Notes: generated by a model not told the origin, from the sequence alone. Shown: positions 39,264 through 49,728, counted from the stretch's first letter. The stretch: 64,000 nucleotides of DNA from an uncultured bacterium (GCA_965112635.1 OZ218778.1:1248001-1312000), one strand, 5' to 3'. Program-made: numbers and translations.

Positions 39264-40148
39264 ATGAACTTAAAACACCTGAAATTCACTCTTTATAGCG
39301 GGGTTTTTGGGCTCAAAAGGCTCAAGATACCGCTCAGGGCGAGGGTCCTGGAAATAGGTTCGGGCGACCATCCGCATTACCGCTCCCAAGTACTCTGTGA
39401 CAAGTATGTGTCCGATTCCTCGGAGCGGGGCGGGGCCGTGGTAGTGGACCGGCCCTTCGTGGCCGCGGACGCGGAACACCTGCCCTTCAAGGACGGGGCG
39501 TTCGATTACTGCATCTGCCGGCATGTCCTGGAGCACCTGGAAAACCCCGGCGAGTGCCTGGGCGAAATGCAGCGGGTGGCCAGGGCCGGATACATCGAGT
39601 CTCCTTCCAGGCTGGCCGAGACCTGGCTGGGTTGGCCCTACCATCTATGGACCGTGGGACTGGAACAGGGAGTTTTGACCCTGCGGCCCAAAGAGACCAA
39701 GCCCTTCGGACTTTTTGGGAAACCTTTCCATGACCTGGCGGGCCAGGATCCCCAGGTCTCTGATTTCATCTTTATTAACAAGGATCTTTTTAACACCAGC
39801 TTGGAATGGAAGGACCGGATAGCCTGGAAAGTAACGGGCAAGGCCAAAGGAAGACCGGTCAAGGCGAAGCTGGGCAGGATCACAGCCATCCCGACGAAAA
39901 AAGAGACCCTGCCGGCCACCTGGCGCAACCGCCTGGTGCTTTTACTCAAGGGGGTCTTGCGGAGTTACTATGCCAGCAATCACTGGATCAGCCTGGGCAA
40001 ACTGTTCTCGCTGCTCCAGTGTCCCTGCTGCGGAGGCGAAGTGAAGAGCCCTGATGGGAAAGGTTTAACCTGCGTGAAATGCCGGACAAACTATCCGGTC
40101 ATCGACCATGTTCCCGTGTTTTTGGTCCCTGACCAGAAGAGGTCTTGA
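39264..40148 (+). CDS. Class I SAM methyltransferase with C-terminal Trm112-like Cys4 module
   Basis: VLEIGSG, DAEHLPFKDGAFD and HVLEH; C-terminal CPCC...CVKC..YPVIDHVPVF. Confidence 0.8.
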   Translation: MNLKHLKFTLYSGVFGLKRLKIPLRARVLEIGSGDHPHYRSQVLCDKYVSDSSERGGAVVVDRPFVAADAEHLPFKDGAFDYCICRHVLEHLENPGECLGEMQRVARAGYIESPSRLAETWLGWPYHLWTVGLEQGVLTLRPKETKPFGLFGKPFHDLAGQDPQVSDFIFINKDLFNTSLEWKDRIAWKVTGKAKGRPVKAKLGRITAIPTKKETLPATWRNRLVLLLKGVLRSYYASNHWISLGKLFSLLQCPCCGGEVKSPDGKGLTCVKCRTNYPVIDHVPVFLVPDQKRS

Positions 40149-40151
40149 GCA

Positions 40152-42506
40152 ATGAATATGCTTTTTAACCAAAAGAAAAAAGCCGGAGTGCGGCTTTTTT
40201 TGGGGGTCATTTTCCTGGTGTTGTTTTTTTTCATGCCCATGCTTCAGAGCGGGCGGGTGTTCTGCTTCAGGGACATTCCCCGGTATTTTTACCCCCTGAA
40301 ATTTTTTGGCGCCTCCCAGCTCCAGCAGGGGAGGATGCCGCTGTGGAACCCTTTGCTCTTCTGCGGGATGCCCTTTTTTGCCAATCTGCAAAGCGCGGTC
40401 CTGTATCCCGTCAGCCTGGTCTGCAACCTGCTGAGCTTCCCTTATTGCTTTAACCTCTACGTGATCCTGCATTTTATCCTGGCGGGATTTTTCATGGCCC
40501 TGCTGGCCCGGGACTGGACGGGCAGAAATTCCAGCGCGTTCCTCTCGGCCGTGACCTTCACCTTCGGGGGGTTTTTGGTATCCGTCATTGACATGAACAG
40601 CACCCTATCCGCCGTTGTTTGGCTGCCTTTGGCGGTCCTGCTGTTCAAAAGGGTTTTGGGCGCCAGGCCAGCCCCCTATTTTTTCTGCGGCAGTCTGGTC
40701 CTGGGCCTTGTTTTCCTCGGCGGAGAGCCCACGGTTTTTGTGGAAACCTTTTTTTTGCTCCTGACCCTGGTCCTGTTCCTGCCTCACCAACCGGAAGAGA
40801 CCGTATGCCGGAGGAGCGACGGGCTGGTAAGATTGGTCCTGTTCTTTAGTTTGGCCCTGGGGGTCGTGGCCTGCCAGGTCTTTCCTTTTATGGAACTTTT
40901 GGGCCGTTCATTAAGGAGCCAGGGGACCCCCATGGACAACGCCATGGCCTGGTCGCTCCCTCCCAAACACCTGCTGACTTTTTTGTTCCCCTTTTTGTTC
41001 GGCAGCCTCAAGGAAGCCAACCATTACACGGGCCAACAGTTATGGCTCAACAGTTTTTACATCGGAATATTGCCTTTTATCCTCTGCCTGGTGGCCCTGA
41101 AAAAAGAAAGCAAGAAAGACGTGCTCTGGCTGTGGTTCGTGGCCCTGACGGGACTGGTCCTGAGCTTGGGCGCCTTTACGCCGGTCTATCCCTGGCTCTA
41201 CGAACATAGCCTCATCTTCAAATGGATACGGTATCCGATCAAATTCATGCTGCTGACCAGCTTCAGCCTGTCCCTCTTGGCCGGCATCGGCTGGGACCAA
41301 TGGCAGAGACAGAGCCTGGAGTTCAAAAGAACGCTGACCAACGGCCTGGTCATCCTGGTCTGCCTGGGGCTCATACTCTTTTTGGTCCTCAATCTGGGCC
41401 GGGAATCCATCATCAGGGTTTTGATCCACGGCAAAAAATATTCCCTTGAGCAGATCTACTTCAGTGTGCAGCAGTACAACCAATACCTGGACCTGGGGCT
41501 GCGGACCCTGGGGATGTTTGCCGCTGTCACCCTCCTCGCTTTTTTGGTACAGAGGGTGGACGGCGCCGGCAAGCTGGCGGGCCTGCTGGCCGTGTGCCTG
41601 GTTTTCGGCGACCTTTATACCGTGCACCACGATTCTTTTCATACCGCTTCGCCCGAGTTTTATACCCAGCCTCCGGCGGTCCTGGCCAAGCTGACCCAAG
41701 AGGGAAGGGTGTATCTGACCAAGGCGGCCGAGGATAAAGGGCATGTGATCTTTGCCGACACTTATGACCAGGCCTTGGAACAGGCCAAGCAATGCTTTTT
41801 CGCCAATACCCTTTCTACCTTTGGGGTTTCCTACGTCACCGGCTATGATTCCCTGACCCGGCAGGACTATGAGCAATACACCGCCCTGCTGGAAGTGTCG
41901 CCTCTGGAAAAGTCACGGCTGCTGGACCTCAGCAACGCGCGCTATGTGGTCTCCACCACTCCCCTGCAGGATAAAAAGTTCAACCTGGTCTACCAGGGAC
42001 CGTCCCTGGTCTACGAAAACAAGGGGGCGCTGGCGCGGGTTTTCGGGGTGGGCCGGGCAGTGACCATAAAATCCAGAATGGCGGTCTTAAAAGCAATGTC
42101 CAGCCCGGACTTTGACCCGAGCCGGACCGTGATCCTCGAACAAGGAGATTCCGAAGGGGCCAGCGGGACGGCGTGGCCAAAGCCGGCTCTGGCAGAGGTC
42201 ATGGAAGACCAGGGAGACCAGGTCAGACTGGGAGCCAGCATGCCGGATAATGGGTGGGTGGTGCTGGGGGACTCCTATTATCCCGGATGGCAGGCCCAGG
42301 TGAACGGCAAACCCGCCGCGGTTTTACGCGCCAACGGATCTTTCAGGGCCGTGGCGGTCCCCAAAGGGTTGTATGAAATCGTCCTCTCTTACGAACCTGT
42401 CTGGTTCAAGCGGGGTTTGTGGGTGAGCGGGGCGGCCCTGCTGTTGTGTTTCGCGGGTGGTTTGTCCTGCCTGTCCCGGCCCGGTTCATGCCGGAGGAAA
42501 ACATGA
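40152..42506 (+). CDS. YfhO-family GT-C membrane protein
   Basis: D...YFYP, PLWNP...GMPFFAN, multiple TM helices, and C-terminal DSYYPGWQAQVNG...RANGSFRAV. Confidence 0.82.
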   Translation: MNMLFNQKKKAGVRLFLGVIFLVLFFFMPMLQSGRVFCFRDIPRYFYPLKFFGASQLQQGRMPLWNPLLFCGMPFFANLQSAVLYPVSLVCNLLSFPYCFNLYVILHFILAGFFMALLARDWTGRNSSAFLSAVTFTFGGFLVSVIDMNSTLSAVVWLPLAVLLFKRVLGARPAPYFFCGSLVLGLVFLGGEPTVFVETFFLLLTLVLFLPHQPEETVCRRSDGLVRLVLFFSLALGVVACQVFPFMELLGRSLRSQGTPMDNAMAWSLPPKHLLTFLFPFLFGSLKEANHYTGQQLWLNSFYIGILPFILCLVALKKESKKDVLWLWFVALTGLVLSLGAFTPVYPWLYEHSLIFKWIRYPIKFMLLTSFSLSLLAGIGWDQWQRQSLEFKRTLTNGLVILVCLGLILFLVLNLGRESIIRVLIHGKKYSLEQIYFSVQQYNQYLDLGLRTLGMFAAVTLLAFLVQRVDGAGKLAGLLAVCLVFGDLYTVHHDSFHTASPEFYTQPPAVLAKLTQEGRVYLTKAAEDKGHVIFADTYDQALEQAKQCFFANTLSTFGVSYVTGYDSLTRQDYEQYTALLEVSPLEKSRLLDLSNARYVVSTTPLQDKKFNLVYQGPSLVYENKGALARVFGVGRAVTIKSRMAVLKAMSSPDFDPSRTVILEQGDSEGASGTAWPKPALAEVMEDQGDQVRLGASMPDNGWVVLGDSYYPGWQAQVNGKPAAVLRANGSFRAVAVPKGLYEIVLSYEPVWFKRGLWVSGAALLLCFAGGLSCLSRPGSCRRKT

Positions 42507-43813
42507 AAACTGCCAAATTGTTCTTGCCTCTGTGCCTTTTATTTTTATGCAGGTTGTTACCAGCTGAGGAAAATCTTTTTCCGGTCCAGGATATTTTTGG
42601 CCACGAGCATTATGTGCACTCCCTGGTGCTGAGCCAGGATGGCAAGTTCCTGGTGTCCGGAGACGGGATGGGGGTCGTGAGGCTGTGGAAGCTTCCGGAG
42701 TGCCAGCCCATCGCCAGCGTGCAAGGCCATCCTTACCATATCTATGCCCTGGCATTGAACCAGGCCGGCGACCAGCTTTTCACGGCCAGCGCGGACAAGG
42801 TGGTCAAGGTTTGGCGGGTCAATCCGCAGGAACATTCTGAAGCGGCGTTGAAGTTTATCACCAGGCTGGAAGGCCATCTAGACAAGGTCTGGGCCGTAGT
42901 CCTCAATGAAGACGCCAAGGAGATCTATACGGCTGGATGGGACGATACTATCGTCGTCTGGAACTGGGCAGACTGGTCCATCAAAACGACCCAGCAGGCG
43001 GGCCAAGGCGGGGTCATGTGCCTGGCCTTGAGCCCGGACCGCAAAACGCTTTATTCAGGCGGCCGGGACGGTTCCATCAAGGTCTGGAACCTGGCGGATA
43101 GAAAGACGACCCAGATGCTGACCGGCCATCGGGATTGGGTGCAATCCCTAGGGGTGAGCCCTGACGGGAAATGGCTGGTCTCAGGCAGCAAAGACACGAC
43201 TGCGGCTGTGTGGGCCCTGCCCGAGGGCAAGTTAACCCAACTTTTCCAGGGCCATACCGGGGACGTGATGGCCGCGCTCTTCACCCCGGACAACCAATTT
43301 GTCGTGACCGCCAGCCAGGATACCACGCTCAAACTGTGGGACCTGCCCGAGGGAGACCTGCTGGCGACCCTCAAGGGTCATCAGGCGACCGTGCTTTCTC
43401 TGGCTTTGTCCCAAGACGGGCGCTGGCTTTATTCCGGGAGCGAAGACAAGACCATCAAAAGATGGGACCTCGCCTGCCTGAACAGTTACGGGGCCCATAT
43501 TAAAAAAGGGGATGAACTGCTGAAAACCAAGAGCCCGGAAAATATTTCCTGGGCCATCGGCGAATTTGAGGCGGCGGTCCAGGCTTTTCCGGTCAGCCAG
43601 GCTAAGCTCAGACTGTCCAAGGCATTTGACGCCCAACGAGAATTAACTTATGACATTTTTTTTAAAAAAGGCCTGGACTGCCTGAAGAGAAAGACCAAGA
43701 AAAACCTGACACGGGCGGTCTTTTATTTTGACAAGGCGGTCAGTGTTTCTCCGACCGCGGAGGCCAAGGAAAAATTGGCCTACGCCCAAAAGGCCCTGAA
43801 GGCAAAGAAGTAA
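42503..43813 (+). CDS. Exported WD40-repeat protein
   Basis: GH...SGS.D.TIK.WD repeats. Signal peptide starts from ATG 42503 (SD ggagg; overlaps the upstream stop). Confidence 0.88.
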   Translation: MKTAKLFLPLCLLFLCRLLPAEENLFPVQDIFGHEHYVHSLVLSQDGKFLVSGDGMGVVRLWKLPECQPIASVQGHPYHIYALALNQAGDQLFTASADKVVKVWRVNPQEHSEAALKFITRLEGHLDKVWAVVLNEDAKEIYTAGWDDTIVVWNWADWSIKTTQQAGQGGVMCLALSPDRKTLYSGGRDGSIKVWNLADRKTTQMLTGHRDWVQSLGVSPDGKWLVSGSKDTTAAVWALPEGKLTQLFQGHTGDVMAALFTPDNQFVVTASQDTTLKLWDLPEGDLLATLKGHQATVLSLALSQDGRWLYSGSEDKTIKRWDLACLNSYGAHIKKGDELLKTKSPENISWAIGEFEAAVQAFPVSQAKLRLSKAFDAQRELTYDIFFKKGLDCLKRKTKKNLTRAVFYFDKAVSVSPTAEAKEKLAYAQKALKAKK

Positions 43814-43831
43814 AAGGTCCAGAGGAGAGAT

Positions 43832-45919
43832 ATGGCCTCGAGAAAAAAAGAAGCGGTTGTATTGTTCCTGATCGCCAGCGTCACCGGGTTGTTCTACTGG
43901 CGGCTGGTCTCCTGGGACAAGGTCGCCTGCAGCCACGACCTGCTGGCGTTTTTTTATCCTTATAAGTATTTCCTGGGACAAAGCCTGCAACAGGGGCAGA
44001 TCCCTTTGTGGAACCCGTACACCTACAGCGGCACGCCCTTCATGGCCAACCTGGCCTCGGGTGTGTTTTATCCCTTTAACCTTTTGTTCTGTTTGTGGAC
44101 ATTTGTCCCGGCCATGAACCTTTTTTTCTTGTTGCATTGTTTTTTGACGGGTTACTTCACTTACTTGTTCCTCCGCTCGCTGAATTTGACCCGGTGGTCC
44201 GGTTTTTTGGGCGGGGTGGTGGTCATGGGCTGCGGGAGTTTCAGCAGCCAGCTGGAGTGGCTGGGCGTCATCGCTTCCTGGCCGTGGGTGCCCCTGTGCT
44301 TTTTCATCTTGGAAAAGGCGCTGACCAGCAAACGGCCGCGGGGAATATGGGTCTTTTTGGGGCTGGCCCTTAGCTGGCAGTTCCTGGCCGGACACCCCCA
44401 GGTTTTGTTTTACAATGTCCTGGCACTTTTTTTCTACTATTTGTACCACAGCGTCCAGATCAAAAAGTTCTCGTTTTGGTGGCTGGCCTCTTTGCTGGCC
44501 GCTGGGGTCGTCCTTATCCAGCTGGTGCCTTTTGTGGAGTTCTCCCGCCAGACCATCCGGGGTGCGGGCATTTCCTATGAGGCGGCTATTCAGGGGTCAC
44601 TAGACCCTCGGGACCTGTCCGCTCTCGTCAATCCCTGGCCCGCTCTTTATGGGTTCGCCACGATCAATTCGTGGCAGGTCAGTCTCTATGCCGGGTTGGT
44701 GCCGTGCCTGCTGGCTTTGCTGGCTGTCTTTTTAAAGGCAGGGCGGCCTAAAAACTTTTTTGCTTTGCTTCTGGTGGCCTCCTTGTTCGTTGCCCTGGGC
44801 GTGCATAATCCGCTCTATAAATTTTTATACGACCATTTCCCGCCTTTTCAATATGTACGGCAACCGGTCAAAATACTTTTCCTATGGCATTTTTCCCTGG
44901 CCGTGCTGGCCGCTTACGGTCTGGATTGGATCGCCAGGAGGCCCGGCCGCTACACCTTGATCGCCATGGTCTTGATCCTGGCTGTGGTGATCGATCTGTT
45001 CTACTTCAGCGCTGACCTTTACGCCACCGTGCCTTTTACGGCACTGCAGCGGTCCGTGACAGCCCCTTGTTTGAGCCAGGAGCCTTCCCGTTTTTTTCTC
45101 ACCCCCAAAACGCAACAAAGCTGGTTCGATCTGGGTCTGCCTTCGGACGAAGCGACCCTGCAAAAACAGGCCGATGCCTTGTTCAGCAACTTCTCCATTT
45201 ATTACGGGCTTTGGGATGCGGATGGTTTCGGGTCCATGAGGTTGAAATTGCTGGACGAGGTGCTGGATAAAGTGAAACGCCAAAAAAACCCGAGCGAGAC
45301 CAGGTTGCTGGACCTGCTGGCCGTCAAAAGTATTGTCACTTTTTGGGAACTCAAGGACCCGGAGTTTGCGCTGCTCAAGCTGAGGGCGGCGGAAGGTCCG
45401 GGAGGATCCAGAGAACTGAAGGTGTATCAAAGATCGAGCACCGCGCCCATGGCTTGGATTGCGGACAAGGCCGTTTGGGTCAAGGATTATCCAGAGGCGT
45501 GGGCTGCCATTCAATCGCCCGGTTTCCGTCCTTATGAACAAGTTGTCCTGGTCGGAGACTTGGGCGGGGTGAGCCAGGTGTCTGGAAAAAAGAACAACAG
45601 GCTCCAGGTGGAAGAATGGGGCCCGCAACAGATAAGGCTCAAGGCTTTTTGCGGGAGTCCCTGCTGGGTCGTGGCCAGCTTGCCTTATACGCCGGGATGG
45701 AGGGTTTGGGTAGACCGGCAGGAAAGGCGGTTGTTCCGGGTGGATTACCTATTGCAGGGTCTTTTTCTAGAACCAGGACAACATGATCTTCTGATCAGTT
45801 ATAGGCCAAAATCCTATATTTGGAGCGGCTGGGCCAGCTTTCTATCACTTATTTTTATTGGGTTTGCCGGGGTGTTTTGGCTGAAAACAAGGAAAGCAAA
45901 ACAAAAAACCACGAGATAA
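43832..45919 (+). CDS. YfhO-family GT-C membrane protein
   Basis: DLLAFFYP, PLWNPYTYSGTPFMAN, GHPQ and YTPGWRVWVD. Confidence 0.82.
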   Translation: MASRKKEAVVLFLIASVTGLFYWRLVSWDKVACSHDLLAFFYPYKYFLGQSLQQGQIPLWNPYTYSGTPFMANLASGVFYPFNLLFCLWTFVPAMNLFFLLHCFLTGYFTYLFLRSLNLTRWSGFLGGVVVMGCGSFSSQLEWLGVIASWPWVPLCFFILEKALTSKRPRGIWVFLGLALSWQFLAGHPQVLFYNVLALFFYYLYHSVQIKKFSFWWLASLLAAGVVLIQLVPFVEFSRQTIRGAGISYEAAIQGSLDPRDLSALVNPWPALYGFATINSWQVSLYAGLVPCLLALLAVFLKAGRPKNFFALLLVASLFVALGVHNPLYKFLYDHFPPFQYVRQPVKILFLWHFSLAVLAAYGLDWIARRPGRYTLIAMVLILAVVIDLFYFSADLYATVPFTALQRSVTAPCLSQEPSRFFLTPKTQQSWFDLGLPSDEATLQKQADALFSNFSIYYGLWDADGFGSMRLKLLDEVLDKVKRQKNPSETRLLDLLAVKSIVTFWELKDPEFALLKLRAAEGPGGSRELKVYQRSSTAPMAWIADKAVWVKDYPEAWAAIQSPGFRPYEQVVLVGDLGGVSQVSGKKNNRLQVEEWGPQQIRLKAFCGSPCWVVASLPYTPGWRVWVDRQERRLFRVDYLLQGLFLEPGQHDLLISYRPKSYIWSGWASFLSLIFIGFAGVFWLKTRKAKQKTTR

Positions 45920-45949
45920 ATTCCTGGTAAATGGGCAGAAAAAACATAG

Positions 45950-45977
45950 TTGAGTATTTGGGGTTTGATGGTAAAAT
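45950..45977 (+). promoter_or_regulatory. Putative sigma70 promoter of pilin copy 1
   Basis: TTGAGT, 16-bp spacer, TAAAAT with an extended TG. Confidence 0.4.
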
Positions 45978-46028
45978 TGTAACAGATTTATATATTTCAT
46001 AATTCTCAAAGGGAAAGGGGTGATTACA

Positions 46029-46472
46029 ATGAAGAGGAGCGAGAGAGGTTTTACCTTGATCGAACTAATGATCGTTGTGGCCATAATCGGTATCTTGGCA
46101 GCCATAGCTATTCCTAAATTTGCATCGATGTTAGAGAAGTCGAGGGAAGGAAGCACGAAAGGTAACGTGGGAGCCATCCGTTCGGCCTTGGCCATTTATT
46201 ATGGAGACAGGGAAGGTGTTTGGCCGACGACTTTGAACAACAACACTTGGACCAGTTACCTCATGTCCTCGTACCTGGATAAGATGCCTATGGTGGTGTG
46301 CACCCACAGCGGACTAGGGACAAGCCCGGTAGGAGCCAATGTTGCTTATATCGCTGGTAACGCGGTTCCAGTAGCACCGAGCACGGGTTGGGCCTATGAC
46401 AGCGTGTACGGCAGGATGTATGTGAACAGCTGTTATCAGGACACCAAGGGTATATCGTACACAGCTTATTGA
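46029..46472 (+). CDS. Type IV pilin/pseudopilin, copy 1
   Basis: Class III signal MKRSERG|FTLIELMIVVAIIGILAAIAIPKF with Glu5; two Cys in the C-terminal half. Confidence 0.92.
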   Translation: MKRSERGFTLIELMIVVAIIGILAAIAIPKFASMLEKSREGSTKGNVGAIRSALAIYYGDREGVWPTTLNNNTWTSYLMSSYLDKMPMVVCTHSGLGTSPVGANVAYIAGNAVPVAPSTGWAYDSVYGRMYVNSCYQDTKGISYTAY

Positions 46473-46493
46473 TTTTGTTTTGAAGGAATGAGG

Positions 46494-46534
46494 AAGAGCA
46501 CAAGCGGGTTAAAACCTGCTTGTGCTCTTTTTTT
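46494..46534 (+). terminator. Intrinsic terminator after pilin 1
   Basis: AAGAGCACAAGCGGG-ttaaaa-CCTGCTTGTGCTCTT followed by a T tract. Confidence 0.9.
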
Positions 46535-46702
46535 ATGATGCAATCATCTGTCGAGTTAAAATCTTTTGTGTTTCCAGTGCTTTTTAATATGATGGTTTGA
46601 TACAAAATGATACACATTCCATCATTGTGATTTAACAACACAGTGCTAACATTATATCAGATTGATATTTGTTAAAACTTTCAAGTAAAGGGGGTGATCA
46701 TG

Positions 46703-47146
46703 ATGAAGAGGAGCGAGAGAGGTTTTACCTTGATCGAACTAATGATCGTTGTAGCCATAATCGGTATCTTGGCAGCCATAGCTATTCCTAAATTTGCATC
46801 GATGTTAGAGAAGTCAAGGGAAGGAAGCACGAAAGGTAACGTGGGAGCCATCCGTTCGGCCTTGGCCATTTATTATGGAGACAGGGAAGGTATTTGGCCG
46901 ACGACTTTGAATAATACTAGCTGGACGTCCTATCTGATGTCTTCGTACCTAGATAAGATGCCCATGGTGGTGTGCACCCACAGTGGACTAGGGACAAGCC
47001 CGGTAGGAGCCAATGTTGCTTATATCGCTGGGGATGCGGTTCCAGTAGCACCGAGCACGGGTTGGGCCTATGACAGCGTGTACGGCAGGATGTATGTGAA
47101 CAGCTGTTATCAGGACACCAAGGGTATATCGTACACAGCTTATTGA
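46703..47146 (+). CDS. Type IV pilin/pseudopilin, copy 2
   Basis: Same class III signal as copy 1; differs from it at 4 residues. Confidence 0.92.
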   Translation: MKRSERGFTLIELMIVVAIIGILAAIAIPKFASMLEKSREGSTKGNVGAIRSALAIYYGDREGIWPTTLNNTSWTSYLMSSYLDKMPMVVCTHSGLGTSPVGANVAYIAGDAVPVAPSTGWAYDSVYGRMYVNSCYQDTKGISYTAY

Positions 47147-47167
47147 TTTTGTTTTGAAGGAATGAGG

Positions 47168-47208
47168 AAGAGCACAAGCGGGTTAAAACCTGCTTGTGCT
47201 CTTTTTTT
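47168..47208 (+). terminator. Intrinsic terminator after pilin 2
   Basis: Identical hairpin to 46494-46534. Confidence 0.9.
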
Positions 47209-47321
47209 ATGGTTGGGCTGGAACGGCGGATGGAAAGGGAAGCGAAGCTATTTAGAGTGTGATAAAATCCGTTTTGAAGCAATTGTGCAGTCTTAAAAGA
47301 TTATTTATATTGAGGAGCTAT

Positions 47322-48254
47322 ATGAAGGTCCTGGTCACTGGGGGTGCCGGGTTTATCGGATCCCATCTGTGTGAATATCTGGTGCTCAATGGCCATGAAG
47401 TAACCTGCTTGGACAATCTCAGCACGGGTAACAAAGCCAATATCCGTTTCCTGCTTTCCCTCAAGCGATTCCGTTTCATAAACCAGGATGTCAACCTGCC
47501 CCTCAACATCCCGGTGGAGGCCATCTTTCATATGGCCAGTCCGGCCAGCCCTCCCCAGTATATTAAACGGGCCGTGGCCACGATGCTGACCAATTCCATG
47601 GGGACCTACCGGATGCTGGAGTTAGCCCGGCGGCACCGGACAAAGTTTTTGATGGCCTCCACTTCCGAGATCTACGGGGAGCCGTTGCGGCATCCCCAGG
47701 TGGAAACCGATTGGGGACAGGTTAACCCAATCGGGGTCAGAAGTTGTTATGACGAATCCAAGAGATTCTCCGAAGCACTGACCATGGAGTTCCTGAGAAA
47801 ATACAACTTGGACGTCAGGATCGCCAGGATATTCAACACCTATGGGCCGCGTTTGGACCCCCAGGACGGCAGGGTGATCTCCAATTTTATCGTGCAGGCC
47901 TTGCATGGCCGGCCTTTGACCATCTACGGCAAAGGAGACCAAACCAGGAGTTTTTGTTTTGTGTCGGACCTGGTAAGGGGACTGTATCTGGCCATGTTCA
48001 TGGACCGCACCAAGGGAGAAGTTTTTAACCTGGGCAACCCGGAGGAATACACTGTCCTGGAATGCGCCAGGATGGTCCAGCGGTTCATCCCCCGGTCCAA
48101 AGGGCTGATTCGTAAACCCCTGCCGTCGGATGACCCGACGAGGCGGCGGCCTGACATTCGCAAGGCCAAAAAGGTTTTAAAGTGGGAACCCAAGGTGTCC
48201 TTTGAAAAGGGGCTTTTGAGGACCATCGAGTGGTTCAAAGAGCAACGAAGTTAG
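47322..48254 (+). CDS. UDP-glucuronate decarboxylase (UDP-xylose synthase family)
   Basis: TGGAGFIGSH, ASPASP, ASTSEIYG, RSCYDESKR, RIFNTYGPR, DGRVISNF and DDPTRRRPDI. SD gaggag. Confidence 0.9.
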   Translation: MKVLVTGGAGFIGSHLCEYLVLNGHEVTCLDNLSTGNKANIRFLLSLKRFRFINQDVNLPLNIPVEAIFHMASPASPPQYIKRAVATMLTNSMGTYRMLELARRHRTKFLMASTSEIYGEPLRHPQVETDWGQVNPIGVRSCYDESKRFSEALTMEFLRKYNLDVRIARIFNTYGPRLDPQDGRVISNFIVQALHGRPLTIYGKGDQTRSFCFVSDLVRGLYLAMFMDRTKGEVFNLGNPEEYTVLECARMVQRFIPRSKGLIRKPLPSDDPTRRRPDIRKAKKVLKWEPKVSFEKGLLRTIEWFKEQRS

Positions 48255-48302
48255 TTTCGCGCTATACTAAAATCTAACTTACCTTTTGGTTAGGGGCAAA
48301 AA

Positions 48303-49715
48303 TTGGGCAAAAAATCCATAGGAATATTTTTAAATTTTCTTTTGTTTATTATTTTGTTTCCTTTTTCAGCCATTGGTCAAACCAATACTCCTACGCCCTT
48401 CCTTGATGCCGGCATCAACTGGGTTTCCATGACCAATAATGCGAATTTCACCCCGCGATGCGCACAGACCAACCTTGTGTTCAATGACCTTCTATGGACC
48501 ATTGCAGGGTCAGACCTATCCAGTTATTTTAGCGATGTTTGGTACTCCTCGGATGGCATCACCTGGACCCGGGCATCCACAGGGCAGTTTCCTGGCCGTT
48601 ATTATCATAAAAGCCTCGTTTACAATAACAAAATGTGGGTGATCGGTGGAATGCAAACGAATATCCTGAATGTTTTTAGCGATGTTTGGAATTCCTCTGA
48701 TGGAATTACTTGGACTGAGGTCACGCCCACTGCCACCTTTGGACCCCGAGAAAACGCTGGCGCGGTCGTATTCAACGGAAAAATGTGGATCGTCGCAGGA
48801 TTGGCCAACGGCGTTTACAAAAACGATGTTTGGTCTTCCACGGACGGCATCACCTGGGCGCAGTCACCGGCAACCGCTTTTCCCGTGAGAGCGGGCCATA
48901 CTTTAGTCGTGTTCAACAATAAGATGTGGATCATTGGGGGCACTCAGGGTGGGCCATCCATTCTTTCGGACGTGCTTTCTTCGCCCGACGGAACAACCTG
49001 GACGACTGCCATCAATCCATTTCCTTTAGGAGGAAGAGCCGACCATTCCTGCATTGTTTATAATAATGAAATGTGGGTCATTGGGGGTTACAACGCAGGC
49101 TGCCTCAAAGATGTTTGGTATTCTTCCGACGGTTCCACCTGGAACGAAGCGACCGCAAACGCCCAGTTCGGCATCCGTTACAACCATGACAGTGTCGTCT
49201 ATAACAACAATATCTGGATGATCGCAGGGGCCCAGACCCTGACTTCGAGTTTCTATAACGATGTATGGTCCTCTCCTCCAAGCTATACCCCGACCCCGGC
49301 AGTGACCAATACCCCAACGGGTACCATCACCCAGACCGTTTCCATGACCCCGACACCCTCCCAAACTGTTACCGCGGCTCCTACGTCAACGACGACCCTG
49401 ACCTTTACCATCACGTCAACTTTCACGCCCACGCCCCTCCCTGCGGAAACCTATCTCTATCCCTCTCCGGCAAAAGGAGATAGTGCGAAGATATATTGCC
49501 GGTTACCGCAAGATGGAAGAGTGAAGCTGCTGGTTTATAACGAGGCGGGGGATCTAGTCGCTAAAATGGAAGAGGCTTATCAAGCAGGTGTCTGGACCTT
49601 TAATATGCCCCTTAAAGATTTTGCCCAGGGTGTATATTTTTACACCCTGCGGCTTAACTACAATTCTGGTTCGTCGGATTTATTGGGTCCCAAGCGGTTC
49701 GTCGTAATCCATTAA
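48303..49715 (+). CDS. Secreted Kelch-like repeat protein with Thr-rich linker and T9SS-like C-terminal domain
   Basis: Six repeats of R..H..VVFNNKMW.IGG...DVW.S.DG.TW, a TPT linker, and YLYPSP...GVYFY. Confidence 0.8.
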   Translation: MGKKSIGIFLNFLLFIILFPFSAIGQTNTPTPFLDAGINWVSMTNNANFTPRCAQTNLVFNDLLWTIAGSDLSSYFSDVWYSSDGITWTRASTGQFPGRYYHKSLVYNNKMWVIGGMQTNILNVFSDVWNSSDGITWTEVTPTATFGPRENAGAVVFNGKMWIVAGLANGVYKNDVWSSTDGITWAQSPATAFPVRAGHTLVVFNNKMWIIGGTQGGPSILSDVLSSPDGTTWTTAINPFPLGGRADHSCIVYNNEMWVIGGYNAGCLKDVWYSSDGSTWNEATANAQFGIRYNHDSVVYNNNIWMIAGAQTLTSSFYNDVWSSPPSYTPTPAVTNTPTGTITQTVSMTPTPSQTVTAAPTSTTTLTFTITSTFTPTPLPAETYLYPSPAKGDSAKIYCRLPQDGRVKLLVYNEAGDLVAKMEEAYQAGVWTFNMPLKDFAQGVYFYTLRLNYNSGSSDLLGPKRFVVIH

Positions 49716-49728
49716 GCAGGGGTGCAAC

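Larger units (their letters stand above)
46029..47210 (+). repeat. Direct duplication of pilin gene plus terminator (period 674 bp)
   Basis: 46029-46536 and 46703-47210 are near-identical, including the 3' UTR and terminator. Confidence 0.95.
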
